A stretch of 64,000 bases of DNA. Origin: an uncultured Clostridia bacterium (GTDB lineage: Bacteria; Bacillota; Clostridia; Christensenellales; UBA1242). Shown piece by piece: positions 1 to 9,541 of the stretch. The translations under genes and the position numbers were made by a program. Where the stretch lies: contig CALVOK010000014.1 in the NCBI GenBank assembly GCA_944350275.1, positions 75,545 through 139,544 of the forward strand, written 5' to 3'. The notes under the pieces are model-generated. The model was not told where the DNA came from. It ran no database searches and saw only the letters and a program-made list of their open reading frames with translations. Positions within the stretch are counted from its first letter, which is position 1; each line of letters begins with the position of its first letter.

Positions 1-699
1 TACAATATGTGCACTTGGAACGTATGCAAACACACTCATTGGATAACTTGCAGATTTGTGATATTCTTTCACAGTTGTCAAATCATCTGCACCTGATAAT
101 ATATGATAGAACTCGTGTGCCATAGTGAACCGCTTTTTTGTGTTAGTTACGTAATAATCGGTGTTTACATAAATTGTTCCGCCTTTTATTATTGAACTAT
201 TTAAAACATTGTAATCAAAACATGTGATTGCTGCTAAAGCATTATAATCAAGGTCTAAATTTTCTTCAAACGAGCAACTTTTAATAAAGATATCACAGTT
301 TTCCTTTGTCGCTTTCGTTGTGATAAACTTATAACTCGGGTTGATTATCTCAAAGGTACTATTCAAGTAGTCAAAAAACAAGTTGTATTGTTCTATATCC
401 TCATCAGGCACACCTGCGTCATAGCCTACCACTATCCTATCATTATGCCCTGTGTCAAGATGACAGACAAGTCCATTTACGAAATGAGTTACACTTGCTC
501 CTCTTCGAACATAACCCTCATCACCACCGTAAAATTTTAGGTCATCCACAACCTTGTCATAAGAAAAAAGTTGATTATTTGCAGTGTAAACCTCTTCGTT
601 TACGAGCAGTCCAATATAGGTTCCAGCAAACGCACATGATGCCAGCGCACAAAACCCCGTTCTTAATTTTAAAATGGTTTTGTATGTTGAATTTTTCAT
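1..699 (-). CDS. HExxH zinc-metallopeptidase-like protein with hydrophobic N-terminal signal/anchor; C-terminus lies beyond the window edge
   Basis: Not in the ORF track because there is no stop inside the window. My own translation starts at the ATG at 697-699, preceded by AAGGAGAAAA: MKNSTYKTILKLRTGFCALASCAFAGTYIGLLV... The frame stays open for all 233 codons down to position 1 and contains ...RFTMAHEFYHILSGADD (HExxH). Confidence 0.6.
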   Translation of the reverse strand, partial: MKNSTYKTILKLRTGFCALASCAFAGTYIGLLVNEEVYTANNQLFSYDKVVDDLKFYGGDEGYVRRGASVTHFVNGLVCHLDTGHNDRIVVGYDAGVPDEDIEQYNLFFDYLNSTFEIINPSYKFITTKATKENCDIFIKSCSFEENLDLDYNALAAITCFDYNVLNSSIIKGGTIYVNTDYYVTNTKKRFTMAHEFYHILSGADDLTTVKEYHKSASYPMSVFAYVPSAHIV

Positions 700-858
700 G
701 TTTTCTCCTTAAGAGTTTACCTACACATAATCAAACCTCAATCAAAAAGTTTTTTATATATAAATAAATTCTCGTAATTATTGTATCACAAACGTCGAAA
801 ATTGTCAATAATAACCGAAAATAATTTAAAAAAATAATTTCAGAGCGAAACCCCAACC

Positions 859-951
859 CCTCAGACTGTATAAAAACCTCAGACTGCACAAAAAAACTCA
901 GGCTGTACAACAACCTCAGACTGTACAACAACCTCAGACTGCATAAAAAAA
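859..951. repeat. Five tandem 17-20 bp units, consensus CCTCAGACTGYAYAAMAA
   Basis: Units read at 859-876, 877-896, 897-913, 914-931 and 932-951. The last A-run merges into the terminator stem. Confidence 0.85.
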
Positions 952-988
952 CTCCTATGATGATATCATTGTATCACAGGAGTTTTTG
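945..988 (-). terminator. Rho-independent (bidirectional-looking) terminator downstream of cysS
   Basis: AAAAAACTCCT...AGGAGTTTTT: stem 951-956 pairs with 978-983, flanked by an A-run and a T-run. Confidence 0.6.
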
Positions 989-1095
989 CAAAATATTTCT
1001 TAAATTGCTAATCATTTTGTATAGTTTCAGAGTGTAGACAAATTATCAGGCTGTATAGTTTTATACTATAATTGATTTTAACTTTCAAACCACTT

Positions 1096-2487
1096 CTAAT
1101 TTTTCACAATATCATAACCATCCTTATGGTCATTTACTGCAAAACCTTTCTCTTCTATCTCCTTTCTTATCGCGTCGGCACTGGCATAGTCCTTGTTCTG
1201 CTTTGCCTGCCAACGTTTTTCAGCCAAGGCTTTGACTTCCTCTGGAATTGTATCCTTATTATTTATAAAGTCAAGCACCTGTTTAGGTTGATTTACAAAG
1301 AGTCCTAGTATCTTATATGCCGAGATAATCTCTTTTATATCATCTCTCGCACTTCTGTCGTCCGCTTGGAGTTTTTTAGAGATTTCTTTAAACCTATCAA
1401 ATAAATATGATAGTGCCTTTGGAGTGTTAAAGTCATCCTGCAAAGCCTCTTTTACAAGATGAGAGAGTTCTCCCTCCACTTCTTTTTCAGGCAGGCCAAA
1501 CCTCTCCTCACCCTTTTGTATTATTGAATAAAAACCATTTATATGTTTCTCGGCAAGGTCAAAAATCTCATCTGTTAAGTTGATGTCACTTCTATAACTA
1601 TTTTGAAGCAGGGCAAACTTAACGACTTCTGGATGATATTTCTTGCGAAGTTCCTCTAAAACAATTGTATTTCCTAGGCTTTTACTCATCTTCTGTCCAT
1701 TGACCTTGATAAGACCATTGTGTATCCAATATTTAGCAAATTGCTTGCCAGTCACTGCCTCTGTCTGTGCTATCTCATTTTCATGATGAGGGAAAATCAA
1801 ATCTCTTCCGCCACCATGAATGTCAATCTGCTCACCAAATGCCGTCATGTTCATAGTCGAGCACTCTATATGCCAGCCTGGTCGACCTTTCCCCCATGGC
1901 GAGTTCCAAAAAGGTTCTCCCTCTTTTGCGCTCTTCCAAAGAGCAAAGTCAAGCGGATTTAACTTTTCCTCGTCGTTTTCTATTCTATAGTTATTTTTTG
2001 CGTCATCTAAATTTCTATTTGAAAGTTGTCCGTATTTTGCAAATTTTTCCACAGAGTAGTACACATCACCTTTCTTGGTAACATATGCATACCCCTTATC
2101 AATCAGTTTTTTGACAAATTCTATAATGTTATCTATATTCTCCGTTGCCTTAAGCCAAATATCAGGTTCATCCACCTGGAAATATCTCATCTCTTCATCA
2201 ATCTTTTTTATCATCTGCCTAGCATACTCAGCGGAATCGACGTGCAATCTATTTGCTGTAGCAATAATTTTATCGTCTATATCTGTATAGTTTCGTGCAT
2301 AAGTTACCTTATATCCATTCTGCACAAGCACTTTGCGAATAATATCATATATCATTGCCTGATAAAGATGACCAATATGAGCATCTCCTGAAACAGTTAT
2401 ACCACAGGCATACATTTTCACATTATCTTTGTCGTATGGCACAAACTCTTCCTTGCGTCTTGACAAGGTGTTATATATTTTAAGCAT
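1096..2487 (-). CDS. cysS: Cysteinyl-tRNA synthetase
   Basis: 463 aa. Class I HIGH motif (GDAHIGHLY), KMSKS present, and GWHIECS plus the HGGGRDLIFPHHENE block typical of CysRS. Confidence 0.95.
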   Translation of the reverse strand: MLKIYNTLSRRKEEFVPYDKDNVKMYACGITVSGDAHIGHLYQAMIYDIIRKVLVQNGYKVTYARNYTDIDDKIIATANRLHVDSAEYARQMIKKIDEEMRYFQVDEPDIWLKATENIDNIIEFVKKLIDKGYAYVTKKGDVYYSVEKFAKYGQLSNRNLDDAKNNYRIENDEEKLNPLDFALWKSAKEGEPFWNSPWGKGRPGWHIECSTMNMTAFGEQIDIHGGGRDLIFPHHENEIAQTEAVTGKQFAKYWIHNGLIKVNGQKMSKSLGNTIVLEELRKKYHPEVVKFALLQNSYRSDINLTDEIFDLAEKHINGFYSIIQKGEERFGLPEKEVEGELSHLVKEALQDDFNTPKALSYLFDRFKEISKKLQADDRSARDDIKEIISAYKILGLFVNQPKQVLDFINNKDTIPEEVKALAEKRWQAKQNKDYASADAIRKEIEEKGFAVNDHKDGYDIVKN

Positions 2488-2645
2488 ATTTCATTTCCTT
2501 TTTGTTATACCTATATATTTTTATCTTATATGTTTTATTTATACAAAACTTATATGTTTTATTTATTAAATAGGTGTCAAAGGCACCTGAAACACAAATA
2601 AGTTTTAGTCTACTGTAAAAACAAAACTTACTTTATAATAATGTA

Positions 2646-3029
2646 TTAGACAATCTTATTTAAGAAAGTACAAAGGCAGTCAATTGACTTATCCACTTCT
2701 ATTGTCGTGTTGCCAAGAGCCTTTCTCATAAGATTAAGAAATTGGTCAAGTTCCTTTCGTCCCTTTTCGGTGAGACAGACAAGCCTACATCTTCTATCAA
2801 TGCTGGACTGTTTAACCTCAATGCAACCCTCTTCCACAAGTGCGGTAGTCATAAGGGTAAAATTTGCCTTTTTAATGCCAAGTTTTTCAATAATCATACC
2901 AACAGGCAGATTTTGATAGACAGAGCAAAAGAACAATGTCTTAATTCGTAAGATTCCGCCCTTGTGATTGTTCTTCATCAAATTTTCAAGCAATGTTTCA
3001 ATTTCAATAAGTTTTTCGATTTCTTTCAT
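2646..3029 (-). CDS. MarR-family winged-helix transcriptional regulator
   Basis: 127 aa. Carries ...SSIDRRCRLVCLTEKGRKEL..., the typical MarR wing/recognition pattern. Confidence 0.7.
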   Translation of the reverse strand: MKEIEKLIEIETLLENLMKNNHKGGILRIKTLFFCSVYQNLPVGMIIEKLGIKKANFTLMTTALVEEGCIEVKQSSIDRRCRLVCLTEKGRKELDQFLNLMRKALGNTTIEVDKSIDCLCTFLNKIV

Positions 3030-3124
3030 GATTTTTATCTCTTAGTTTTAGTATATAAAAAAAAATTCCTAAATGCAAGCATTTTTTAGTTGATTTTCAT
3101 TTTATTTAATATTAAAATATAACT

Positions 3125-5362
3125 ATGCAGATTGAAGGACCTATTGAAGATATAATTTTTAGAAATGAACAAAATGGTTATACAGTGTTTATTATTGACT
3201 TTAAATCAACCCCTGTCACCTGTGTGGGCAAACTTGTAAGTGCTAATGTGGGTGAAAACCTATCACTTGAGGGCGAGTATGTCAAAAACAACAAGTATGG
3301 CTATCAGTTTGCCTTTACCGAATATGAGATAACCCTGCCTAAGACACTTGCAGGTATTGAAAAATATCTTGCCTCAGGGCTTATCAAAGGTGTTGGACCT
3401 GTGACTGCTAGAAATATAGTAAGGCATTTTAAAGAGGATACATTTGACATCATTGAAATGAGTCCGTCCTCACTTGCCGAGGTTAAGAATATAAGTCTTA
3501 AAAAGGCACTCGATATTGGCGACAAATTTAAAGAACTCAAAAAAGTGCAGAACACTGTTATGTTTTTGCAAAAGTACAATATCACCACAAACATGGCACT
3601 GAAAATCTATGAGGTATACGGTGCAAAGACAATAGACACCGTCAAAAACAACCCCTATCGCATGGTAGAAGATATTGACGGAATAGGTTTTTTGACCGCC
3701 GACAAGATTGCAAAATCAATCGGTATACCTGAGGATAGCGAGTACAGAGTGCGAGCAGGTATTTTACATTCACTTAACCATGCGGTCGAAAAGACAGGCA
3801 ATACATATATGCCCAAAGGGCTACTCTTAAATCAGGCAGAGACAATTTTGGAGATTGAACAATCCGCACATAAAAAACTCTACGAAGATGCTCTTGACGG
3901 TTTAACACTTGACAAAACAGTTATGATTATGTTTAAAGATGGGCAGGAAATAGTCGTACCCTCAAAGTACTACTTCTACGAAAACTCTGTAGCGCAGAAA
4001 CTTGCCCTGCTTAACCATTCACAAATTATTGAAAAACAAGATGTGGATGACGAGATTGCCTTTTTTGAACAGCACAACCACATTGTTTTCCATGAGGAGC
4101 AGAAAAATGCTATCAGAAACTCCATAAACAGCGGTGTGTCAGTTATAACAGGCGGTCCAGGAACTGGAAAAACTACAATTATCAAATGCATAATTGAAAT
4201 TTTAAAGCAAAATAACAAAAAGTTTATGTTGCTTGCGCCAACAGGCAGAGCATCCAAACGTATGGCAGATTCGACAGGCGAAGAGGCTAAGACCATTCAT
4301 AGAGCGCTAGAAGTTGCACAGGGTGACCTTGCTCACCTAAGTCGTTTTGTCTACAATGAAAACAACCCATTCAAGACGGATGCGGTGATTGTCGACGAGG
4401 TGTCTATGGTGGATGTTTCTCTTATGAGCCATCTTTGTAAAGCACTCCCTCGTGACTGCAAACTTATTCTAGTCGGCGACAAAGACCAACTTCCAAGTGT
4501 GGGCGCTGGAAACGTGCTTGATGATATTCTTAAAAGCGGAAAAATAACCGTCTCTATGCTAACCAAAATTTATAGGCAGAGTGACGATAGCCTAATAATT
4601 ACAAATGCCCACCTTATAAACTCAGGGAAAATGCCGATTATCGACAACACATCAAAAGACTTTTTCTTTGAGGAGAAAAGTGAACTTGACGGCATTAAAA
4701 ATTCTATTGTCGACATGGTGGTAAAAAGGCTTCCAAAATTTACTGGGCTTGATAGTTATCAAATTCAAGTGCTTGCTCCCCTCAAAGCAGGTGTTTGCGG
4801 TATAGACAACCTAAATAGAAGTCTACAAGAAAACCTCAATCCGCCTGCTATTACCAAAATGGAAACTGTGGTTGGAAATACCATTTTCCGCGTGGGTGAC
4901 AAGGTTATGCAAACGGCAAACAACTATAACCTCGTATGGAAAAAAATGAATGGCTTTATTGAAGAAGAGGGCGAGGGTGTATTTAATGGTGATATTGGTG
5001 TAATTGAACTTATTGACTATCAAACAGGCGAAGTTGTTGTAGATTTTGAAGATGGCAGGCGGTGCCTTTACCCTCGCACTGAAATAAATCAACTCTCCCT
5101 TGCCTACGCAATAACCATCCATAAAAGTCAGGGCTCTGAATTTGATGTGGTAATTCTCCCCGCTATTGCAGGTCCAAGCATGATTCTCACTCGAAACCTT
5201 ATCTATACCGCCGTCACACGTGCCAAGAAAATGGTGGTAATTGTCGGCGAAAAGAAAAACCTCAAACGTATGGTATCCAACAACTATACCGTTCAACGTT
5301 TCACCCTTTTAAAAGATTTGCTTGTCTCCTCAGATAAAAAGATAAGCGAGTTGTTTGATTGA
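3125..5362 (+). CDS. recD2: RecD2-type SF1 ATP-dependent DNA helicase
   Basis: 745 aa. Walker A GGPGTGKTT, Walker B VIVDEVSMVD, GDKDQLPSVG, and C-terminal AITIHKSQGSEFD and YTAVTRAK motifs. Confidence 0.9.
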   Translation: MQIEGPIEDIIFRNEQNGYTVFIIDFKSTPVTCVGKLVSANVGENLSLEGEYVKNNKYGYQFAFTEYEITLPKTLAGIEKYLASGLIKGVGPVTARNIVRHFKEDTFDIIEMSPSSLAEVKNISLKKALDIGDKFKELKKVQNTVMFLQKYNITTNMALKIYEVYGAKTIDTVKNNPYRMVEDIDGIGFLTADKIAKSIGIPEDSEYRVRAGILHSLNHAVEKTGNTYMPKGLLLNQAETILEIEQSAHKKLYEDALDGLTLDKTVMIMFKDGQEIVVPSKYYFYENSVAQKLALLNHSQIIEKQDVDDEIAFFEQHNHIVFHEEQKNAIRNSINSGVSVITGGPGTGKTTIIKCIIEILKQNNKKFMLLAPTGRASKRMADSTGEEAKTIHRALEVAQGDLAHLSRFVYNENNPFKTDAVIVDEVSMVDVSLMSHLCKALPRDCKLILVGDKDQLPSVGAGNVLDDILKSGKITVSMLTKIYRQSDDSLIITNAHLINSGKMPIIDNTSKDFFFEEKSELDGIKNSIVDMVVKRLPKFTGLDSYQIQVLAPLKAGVCGIDNLNRSLQENLNPPAITKMETVVGNTIFRVGDKVMQTANNYNLVWKKMNGFIEEEGEGVFNGDIGVIELIDYQTGEVVVDFEDGRRCLYPRTEINQLSLAYAITIHKSQGSEFDVVILPAIAGPSMILTRNLIYTAVTRAKKMVVIVGEKKNLKRMVSNNYTVQRFTLLKDLLVSSDKKISELFD

Positions 5363-5542
5363 ATATGACTATATCAAACATTTTTAGGACTATTATGTTA
5401 TGAAACTATAACTAAAGCATACTAGTGATATATCTTTATAATTATATTGTTGTTGTATCCTTTTAATACTGGAGTGTCTTGTTTTTTATATGTATTGTTT
5501 GCGTTTTAGAGTGGCGAAAAAGTTAATAAAAAGAGAGGATGT

Positions 5543-6259
5543 ATGAATTTATCATTTAAGAAAATTAAGGACAAAGTGCTTGACGTTGTCTTTCCTGATG
5601 ACTTAAGATGTTTGCTGTGCGGAGGAGAACTTGACGGACAGGAAGTGTTTTGTAGTCGCTGTCTTGACATAGACATCTTCAATGAAGGTACCAGGTGTAT
5701 ATACTGCGACGCCATGATAAAAGATGATAACACTGTATGCGACTTCTGTCGAGATAATCACCATTTGTTTGAAAAGTGTTTCTGTCCGCTAAACTATAAT
5801 GGCATTGTCAGAAAAACTGTATTAAGACTAAAAGAAGATAATGCGAAATATTTAGCAAAGGGTTTTGCCAAACTTATCTATGATAGACTTGCAGATGAGA
5901 ATTTGAAAATTGATTTTATTGTACCTGTTCCATCTCATATAAGCATGATAAAGAAAAGAGGCTATAACCCTGCCCTGCTTATTGCAAACGAACTCTCCTT
6001 GCTTATGAATGTTCCAGTTTGCGAGGCGCTTGTCAAAAATGCAAAGACTCCAAATCAAAAATTCTTAGATTATAAGGATAGATTTGCAAACATCTCTAGC
6101 ACAATGCAACTTATAGACGGCAAGACCATCAAAGGCAAAAATATTCTCATTGTTGATGATGTTATAACAACCTGTGCAACTGTAGATGCTTGTGCTAGCC
6201 TAATGAAAAAGGCAAAACACATATATGCCTGTGCGGTTGCAAGAACAAATCTCTTTTAA
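5543..6259 (+). CDS. comFC: ComF-family protein (PRTase-like, competence ComFC type)
   Basis: 238 aa. N-terminal CLLCG...CSRC and CIYC...CDFC zinc-ribbon pairs, plus C-terminal ILIVDDVITTCAT PRPP-binding motif. Sits next to recD2. Confidence 0.8.
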   Translation: MNLSFKKIKDKVLDVVFPDDLRCLLCGGELDGQEVFCSRCLDIDIFNEGTRCIYCDAMIKDDNTVCDFCRDNHHLFEKCFCPLNYNGIVRKTVLRLKEDNAKYLAKGFAKLIYDRLADENLKIDFIVPVPSHISMIKKRGYNPALLIANELSLLMNVPVCEALVKNAKTPNQKFLDYKDRFANISSTMQLIDGKTIKGKNILIVDDVITTCATVDACASLMKKAKHIYACAVARTNLF

Positions 6260-6302
6260 AACGGCAATTTTTGTCAAAATAAAATATTTTTTTGAAAAAT
6301 GC

Positions 6303-6331
6303 TTGACAATGCAAACTTTATCCTATATAAT
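6303..6331 (+). promoter_or_regulatory. Consensus sigma-A promoter for tRNA-Glu
   Basis: TTGACA (6303-6308), a 17-nt spacer, then TATAAT (6326-6331), about 37 nt upstream of the tRNA. Confidence 0.7.
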
Positions 6332-6368
6332 GTGAGAGTATCAAAAAATTCTCCCATTTTTGATATAT

Positions 6369-6443
6369 GGCCTCATGGTCAATCGGTTAAGACATCGCCC
6401 TTTCACGGCGGAGTGAGGGGTTCGACTCCCCTTGAGGCTACCA
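6369..6443 (+). tRNA. tRNA-Glu (anticodon UUC), CCA encoded
   Basis: Hand-folded cloverleaf. Acceptor GGCCTCA/TGAGGCT, anticodon stem TCGCC/GGCGG with loop CTTTCAC, T-arm AGGGG-TTCGACT-CCCCT, and 3' ACCA. Confidence 0.9.
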
Positions 6444-6445
6444 CT

Positions 6446-6476
6446 GAGAAAAAACTGCGCTTCTGCAGTTTTTTTA
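6446..6476 (+). terminator. Rho-independent terminator after tRNA-Glu
   Basis: GAGAAAAAACTGCGCTTCTGCAGTTTTTTT: A-run, CTGC/GCAG stem, then T-run. Confidence 0.75.
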
Positions 6477-6651
6477 TTTCAATTTTTATAGGGAGTCGAA
6501 CCCCTCAAGACCTAAAATTTGGGGGTCCCCGCAAATTGTAAAATTTGTGGGGTAAAGGAGCAAACGAGTGAATACGTGAATTATCGTAAGATAATCACAT
6601 AAGTTAGTTTGCGACGTTTTAGTGCGACTTATTTCATATAGGAGAATAAGC

Positions 6652-7403
6652 ATGGATATTTTAAAAAATAAAGTCGCCATTGTCACAGGTGGCAGTTCGG
6701 GAATAGGCAAGGGAATTGCACTGAGTTTGCTAGTGAAGGCGCTTTGGTTGTCATCGTAGGTCGAAAAGAGGATGATCTTAAAAGTGTTGCAAATGAAAAC
6801 TCAAATATATCCTATGTTGCTGGCGACATAACTGATAGCAATGTAATAAAAAATATTATTAAAAAAATTCAGACTGACTATAAAGGACAACTTGATATTT
6901 TGATAAACAATGCAGGCTGGTGCCCTGTTCAACCTATTCAAAAAATTACAATGGAAGATTACAACAAAGCATTTGACCTTGATGTCAAGGCTGTTGTAGA
7001 AATGACAATTCAATCATTGCCAATGCTTATAAAGTCAAAAGGGACAATCATAAATTTGTCCAGTGTCGGTGCAACTCACCCATCAAAAAATTTGTCTATG
7101 TATGTGGGAGCAAAGGCGGCTATTGAAAACTTTACAAGAAGTTGGGCTTTAGACCTTGCTGAAGATGGTGTCCGAGTTAACGCCATTGCCCCTGGTGCCA
7201 TTGAGACAAACATATGGGATGTTCCAGGATTAAGCAAGGAAGAATCAAAAAATCATCGTGATAAAATAGCATCCACAATCCCATTCGGCAGATTTGGCAA
7301 ACCTGAGGACGTGGCAAATGTTGCTCTGTTCCTAGCAAGCGACAGTGCAAGTTACGTCAGCGGTTCCATTTATGCTGTTGATGGTGGTCAAGGTGCATTA
7401 TAA
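6652..7403 (+). pseudogene. Short-chain dehydrogenase/reductase (SDR) interrupted by a 1-nt frameshift
   Basis: The ATG at 6652 (RBS GGAGAA) gives MDILKNKVAIVTGGSSGIGKGIAL, then goes out of frame and stops at 6757-6759. The rest of the SDR (EFASEGALVVIVGRKEDDL...NAG...YVGAKAA...) reads in the frame of ORF 6744..7403, which is open from 6672. Confidence 0.8.
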
Positions 7404-7418
7404 AAAAGGAGAATTATT

Positions 7419-8282
7419 ATGGAATATGTTAAATTAAATAATGGTGTACAAATGCCAGTTTTGGGGTTCGGTGTCTATCAAATTCCAAAAGAACAAACAA
7501 AAGAGGCGGTTTTAAACGCAATAAAAACAGGATACAGACTTATTGATACTGCTCAAAGTTATTTCAACGAAGAACAGGTCGGTGATGCAATTAAAGAATG
7601 TGGTGTCCCACGAGAACAACTTTTCATAACAAGCAAGGTTTGGATAGATAATTATGGGTATGAAAACTGCAAAAAATCGGTGCTTGAAAGTTTGAAAAAA
7701 CTCAAAACTGATTATATAGACCTCATGCTTTTACACCAACCTTTTGGAGATTATTATGGTGCATACAGGGCTCTTGAGGACCTCTACAAAGAGGGAAAAA
7801 TACGCGCAATCGGAGTATCAAATTTCTACCCTGATAGACTTGCGGATATCTGCTTATTTGGTAGAGAAATTATCCCAACCATCAATCAAATTGAGGTCAA
7901 CCCTATCAACCAAAGACACTTTGACCAAGAAATTGCCTCAAAATATGGCGTTCACATAGAGGCATGGGCTCCATTTGGCGAAGGTAGAGATAATATGTTT
8001 AATAACCCAACACTTGCAGAAATTGGCAAAAAGTATAACAAATCAGTTGCTCAGGTAATTTTGCGTTGGCTAATACAAAGAAAGGTCGTAGTGGTTTGCA
8101 AATCGACACATTTAGACAGAATTCAACAAAATTTCCAAGTCTTTGATTTCGAACTTTCGAGTGAGGATATGGAAACAATTAAAAATCTTGATAAACAAAA
8201 CAGTCTATTCTTTGACCATCAAGATCCAAAAATGGTTGAATGGTTTGATAGCATGGTATATGCTCGCAGAAAAAATCAATAA
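7419..8282 (+). CDS. Aldo/keto reductase
   Basis: 287 aa. GYRLIDTAQSY, DYIDLMLLHQP and IRAIGVSNF blocks are typical of the AKR family. Confidence 0.85.
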   Translation: MEYVKLNNGVQMPVLGFGVYQIPKEQTKEAVLNAIKTGYRLIDTAQSYFNEEQVGDAIKECGVPREQLFITSKVWIDNYGYENCKKSVLESLKKLKTDYIDLMLLHQPFGDYYGAYRALEDLYKEGKIRAIGVSNFYPDRLADICLFGREIIPTINQIEVNPINQRHFDQEIASKYGVHIEAWAPFGEGRDNMFNNPTLAEIGKKYNKSVAQVILRWLIQRKVVVVCKSTHLDRIQQNFQVFDFELSSEDMETIKNLDKQNSLFFDHQDPKMVEWFDSMVYARRKNQ

Positions 8283-8371
8283 TTTGAATAAAAAAACAAT
8301 AATTTAAATGTAAAAATAAATAATTTGAAAATAAAATTAACAAATATTGACAAATATTGACAAAAATCGAC

Positions 8372-8400
8372 AAAAAGGATGAGTTTTTCATCCTTTTTTT
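8372..8400 (+). terminator. Rho-independent terminator after the AKR gene
   Basis: AAAAAGGATGA-GTTTT-TCATCCTTTTTTT. Confidence 0.75.
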
Positions 8401-8521
8401 TACTTATCCAAAACATAAATTATTTTTACTTAAATTTTCTGTCTTTCCCCTAAATTATTAAATTAAAAATAACTTTCTAATTATTAAATTTTGTTTGAAT
8501 TTTGCCTGTACTAAATTTCGG

Positions 8522-9511
8522 TTAAGATTTTACCTGTGCTTTGTCCGCCTCAGCCTCAATTTCTCTGGTCTTTATTTCCATGTACTGCTTATACATATCA
8601 TTTAGGTTACAGCCTAGCAGTTCTTTTAGCATTTGTTCTCTATCTATCTGGGCATTATGAGTCAAATATTCCTCAAATTTCTTGATAGTCCCCTTTTTGT
8701 CTTTTAAGTAGTGGTCAAAAAGAACGGTTGCGACAATCTCGCCGAGAACATATCTTTCCTCATATCTATAATTTTCAGTTGCCATCTCTTTGAGTCTATC
8801 AAAGAGGATGTTTTTATTTGGACTACGTTTTATAGATTTTATAAGGTCCTTTAGGTTTTTTCTATCTAGCGGATAAAAGCCAAGCATAGTTAAAATGTCA
8901 TTTCGCTGAAAACAATAATATATTTTATTGATTAGAGACCAATCTTTATAGGCAGAAAAGTTATCTTTTTCCTCTTCCGTAAAAATCCCCTTTTCAAAAA
9001 GGTAGTTTACAAAAACCTTTTCAATAAATAGAGCCTCCACCTCGCCAATAGTCGAGTCAAGTGCAGGCGCGTTCTCTTGCATCCTTTGTGAAAGAATGTG
9101 GCAGAACTCGTGACAAACTATTAATAGTCCCAAATTATCATTTGGTGGATTGATAACCACTTTTTGTCTGTCATTCTCCTCACCGCAAAAACTGTTTTTA
9201 TCTTTGTTTTTAGGCGACGGCTCGGTTATGATAACATCCACATTTTCATTTCTTAATAGGTCAATAATTTTATTATAAAGGTTTTTATCAAGCGACTTAT
9301 AGAAATCAAAACATATTTTCAGCATATCGTCAAGCGAGTATTGTTTTTCCTGGAAACAAAAACGCAAATCTCTTTGACGCAACTTGTCAACTACCCTTTC
9401 AAGTCCGTCTTTATATAATGTAAAAGCAAAGTTGATATCATCAGCATACTCATTAAGGTAATTTTTATTAAAATGCTCTATTTCTTTACTGCTTAAACTA
9501 AAAATATTCAT
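8522..9511 (-). CDS. Cytoplasmic HExxH metallopeptidase-like protein (possibly a short M3/PepF-like form)
   Basis: 329 aa with no signal peptide. HEFCH followed by ...GEVEALF... The family assignment is only a resemblance. Confidence 0.45.
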   Translation of the reverse strand: MNIFSLSSKEIEHFNKNYLNEYADDINFAFTLYKDGLERVVDKLRQRDLRFCFQEKQYSLDDMLKICFDFYKSLDKNLYNKIIDLLRNENVDVIITEPSPKNKDKNSFCGEENDRQKVVINPPNDNLGLLIVCHEFCHILSQRMQENAPALDSTIGEVEALFIEKVFVNYLFEKGIFTEEEKDNFSAYKDWSLINKIYYCFQRNDILTMLGFYPLDRKNLKDLIKSIKRSPNKNILFDRLKEMATENYRYEERYVLGEIVATVLFDHYLKDKKGTIKKFEEYLTHNAQIDREQMLKELLGCNLNDMYKQYMEIKTREIEAEADKAQVKS

Positions 9512-9541
9512 CTTTTTCCTCTAGACTAAAGTATAACACAA

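Noticed and set aside
793-850. Apparent homology between 793-850 and the interior of the MITE-like element (18294-18345).
   Set aside because: There is only about 60% identity over low-complexity A-rich sequence with gaps. That is too weak to call, so only the longer exact or near-exact matches are reported.
495-931. ORFs 495..767 (plus strand) and 731..931 (minus strand).
   Set aside because: The first is antisense to the 233-codon metallopeptidase-like frame. The second spans the tandem-repeat array. Neither has an RBS.
2488-2645. T-box or other leader upstream of cysS, and likewise upstream of metG at 56961-56997.
   Set aside because: The spacers are too short (158 nt and 37 nt). The cysS spacer contains only the MarR-gene terminator and an 18-bp direct repeat (ATAAATAAAACATATAAG x2), with no specifier or T-box sequence.
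6299-6541. 80-aa ORF overlapping tRNA-Glu, and the analogous 26134..26454 and 26168..26392 ORFs overlapping tRNA-Ser.
   Set aside because: They overlap well-folded tRNA genes and terminators, have no RBS, and are artefacts of a six-frame scan.
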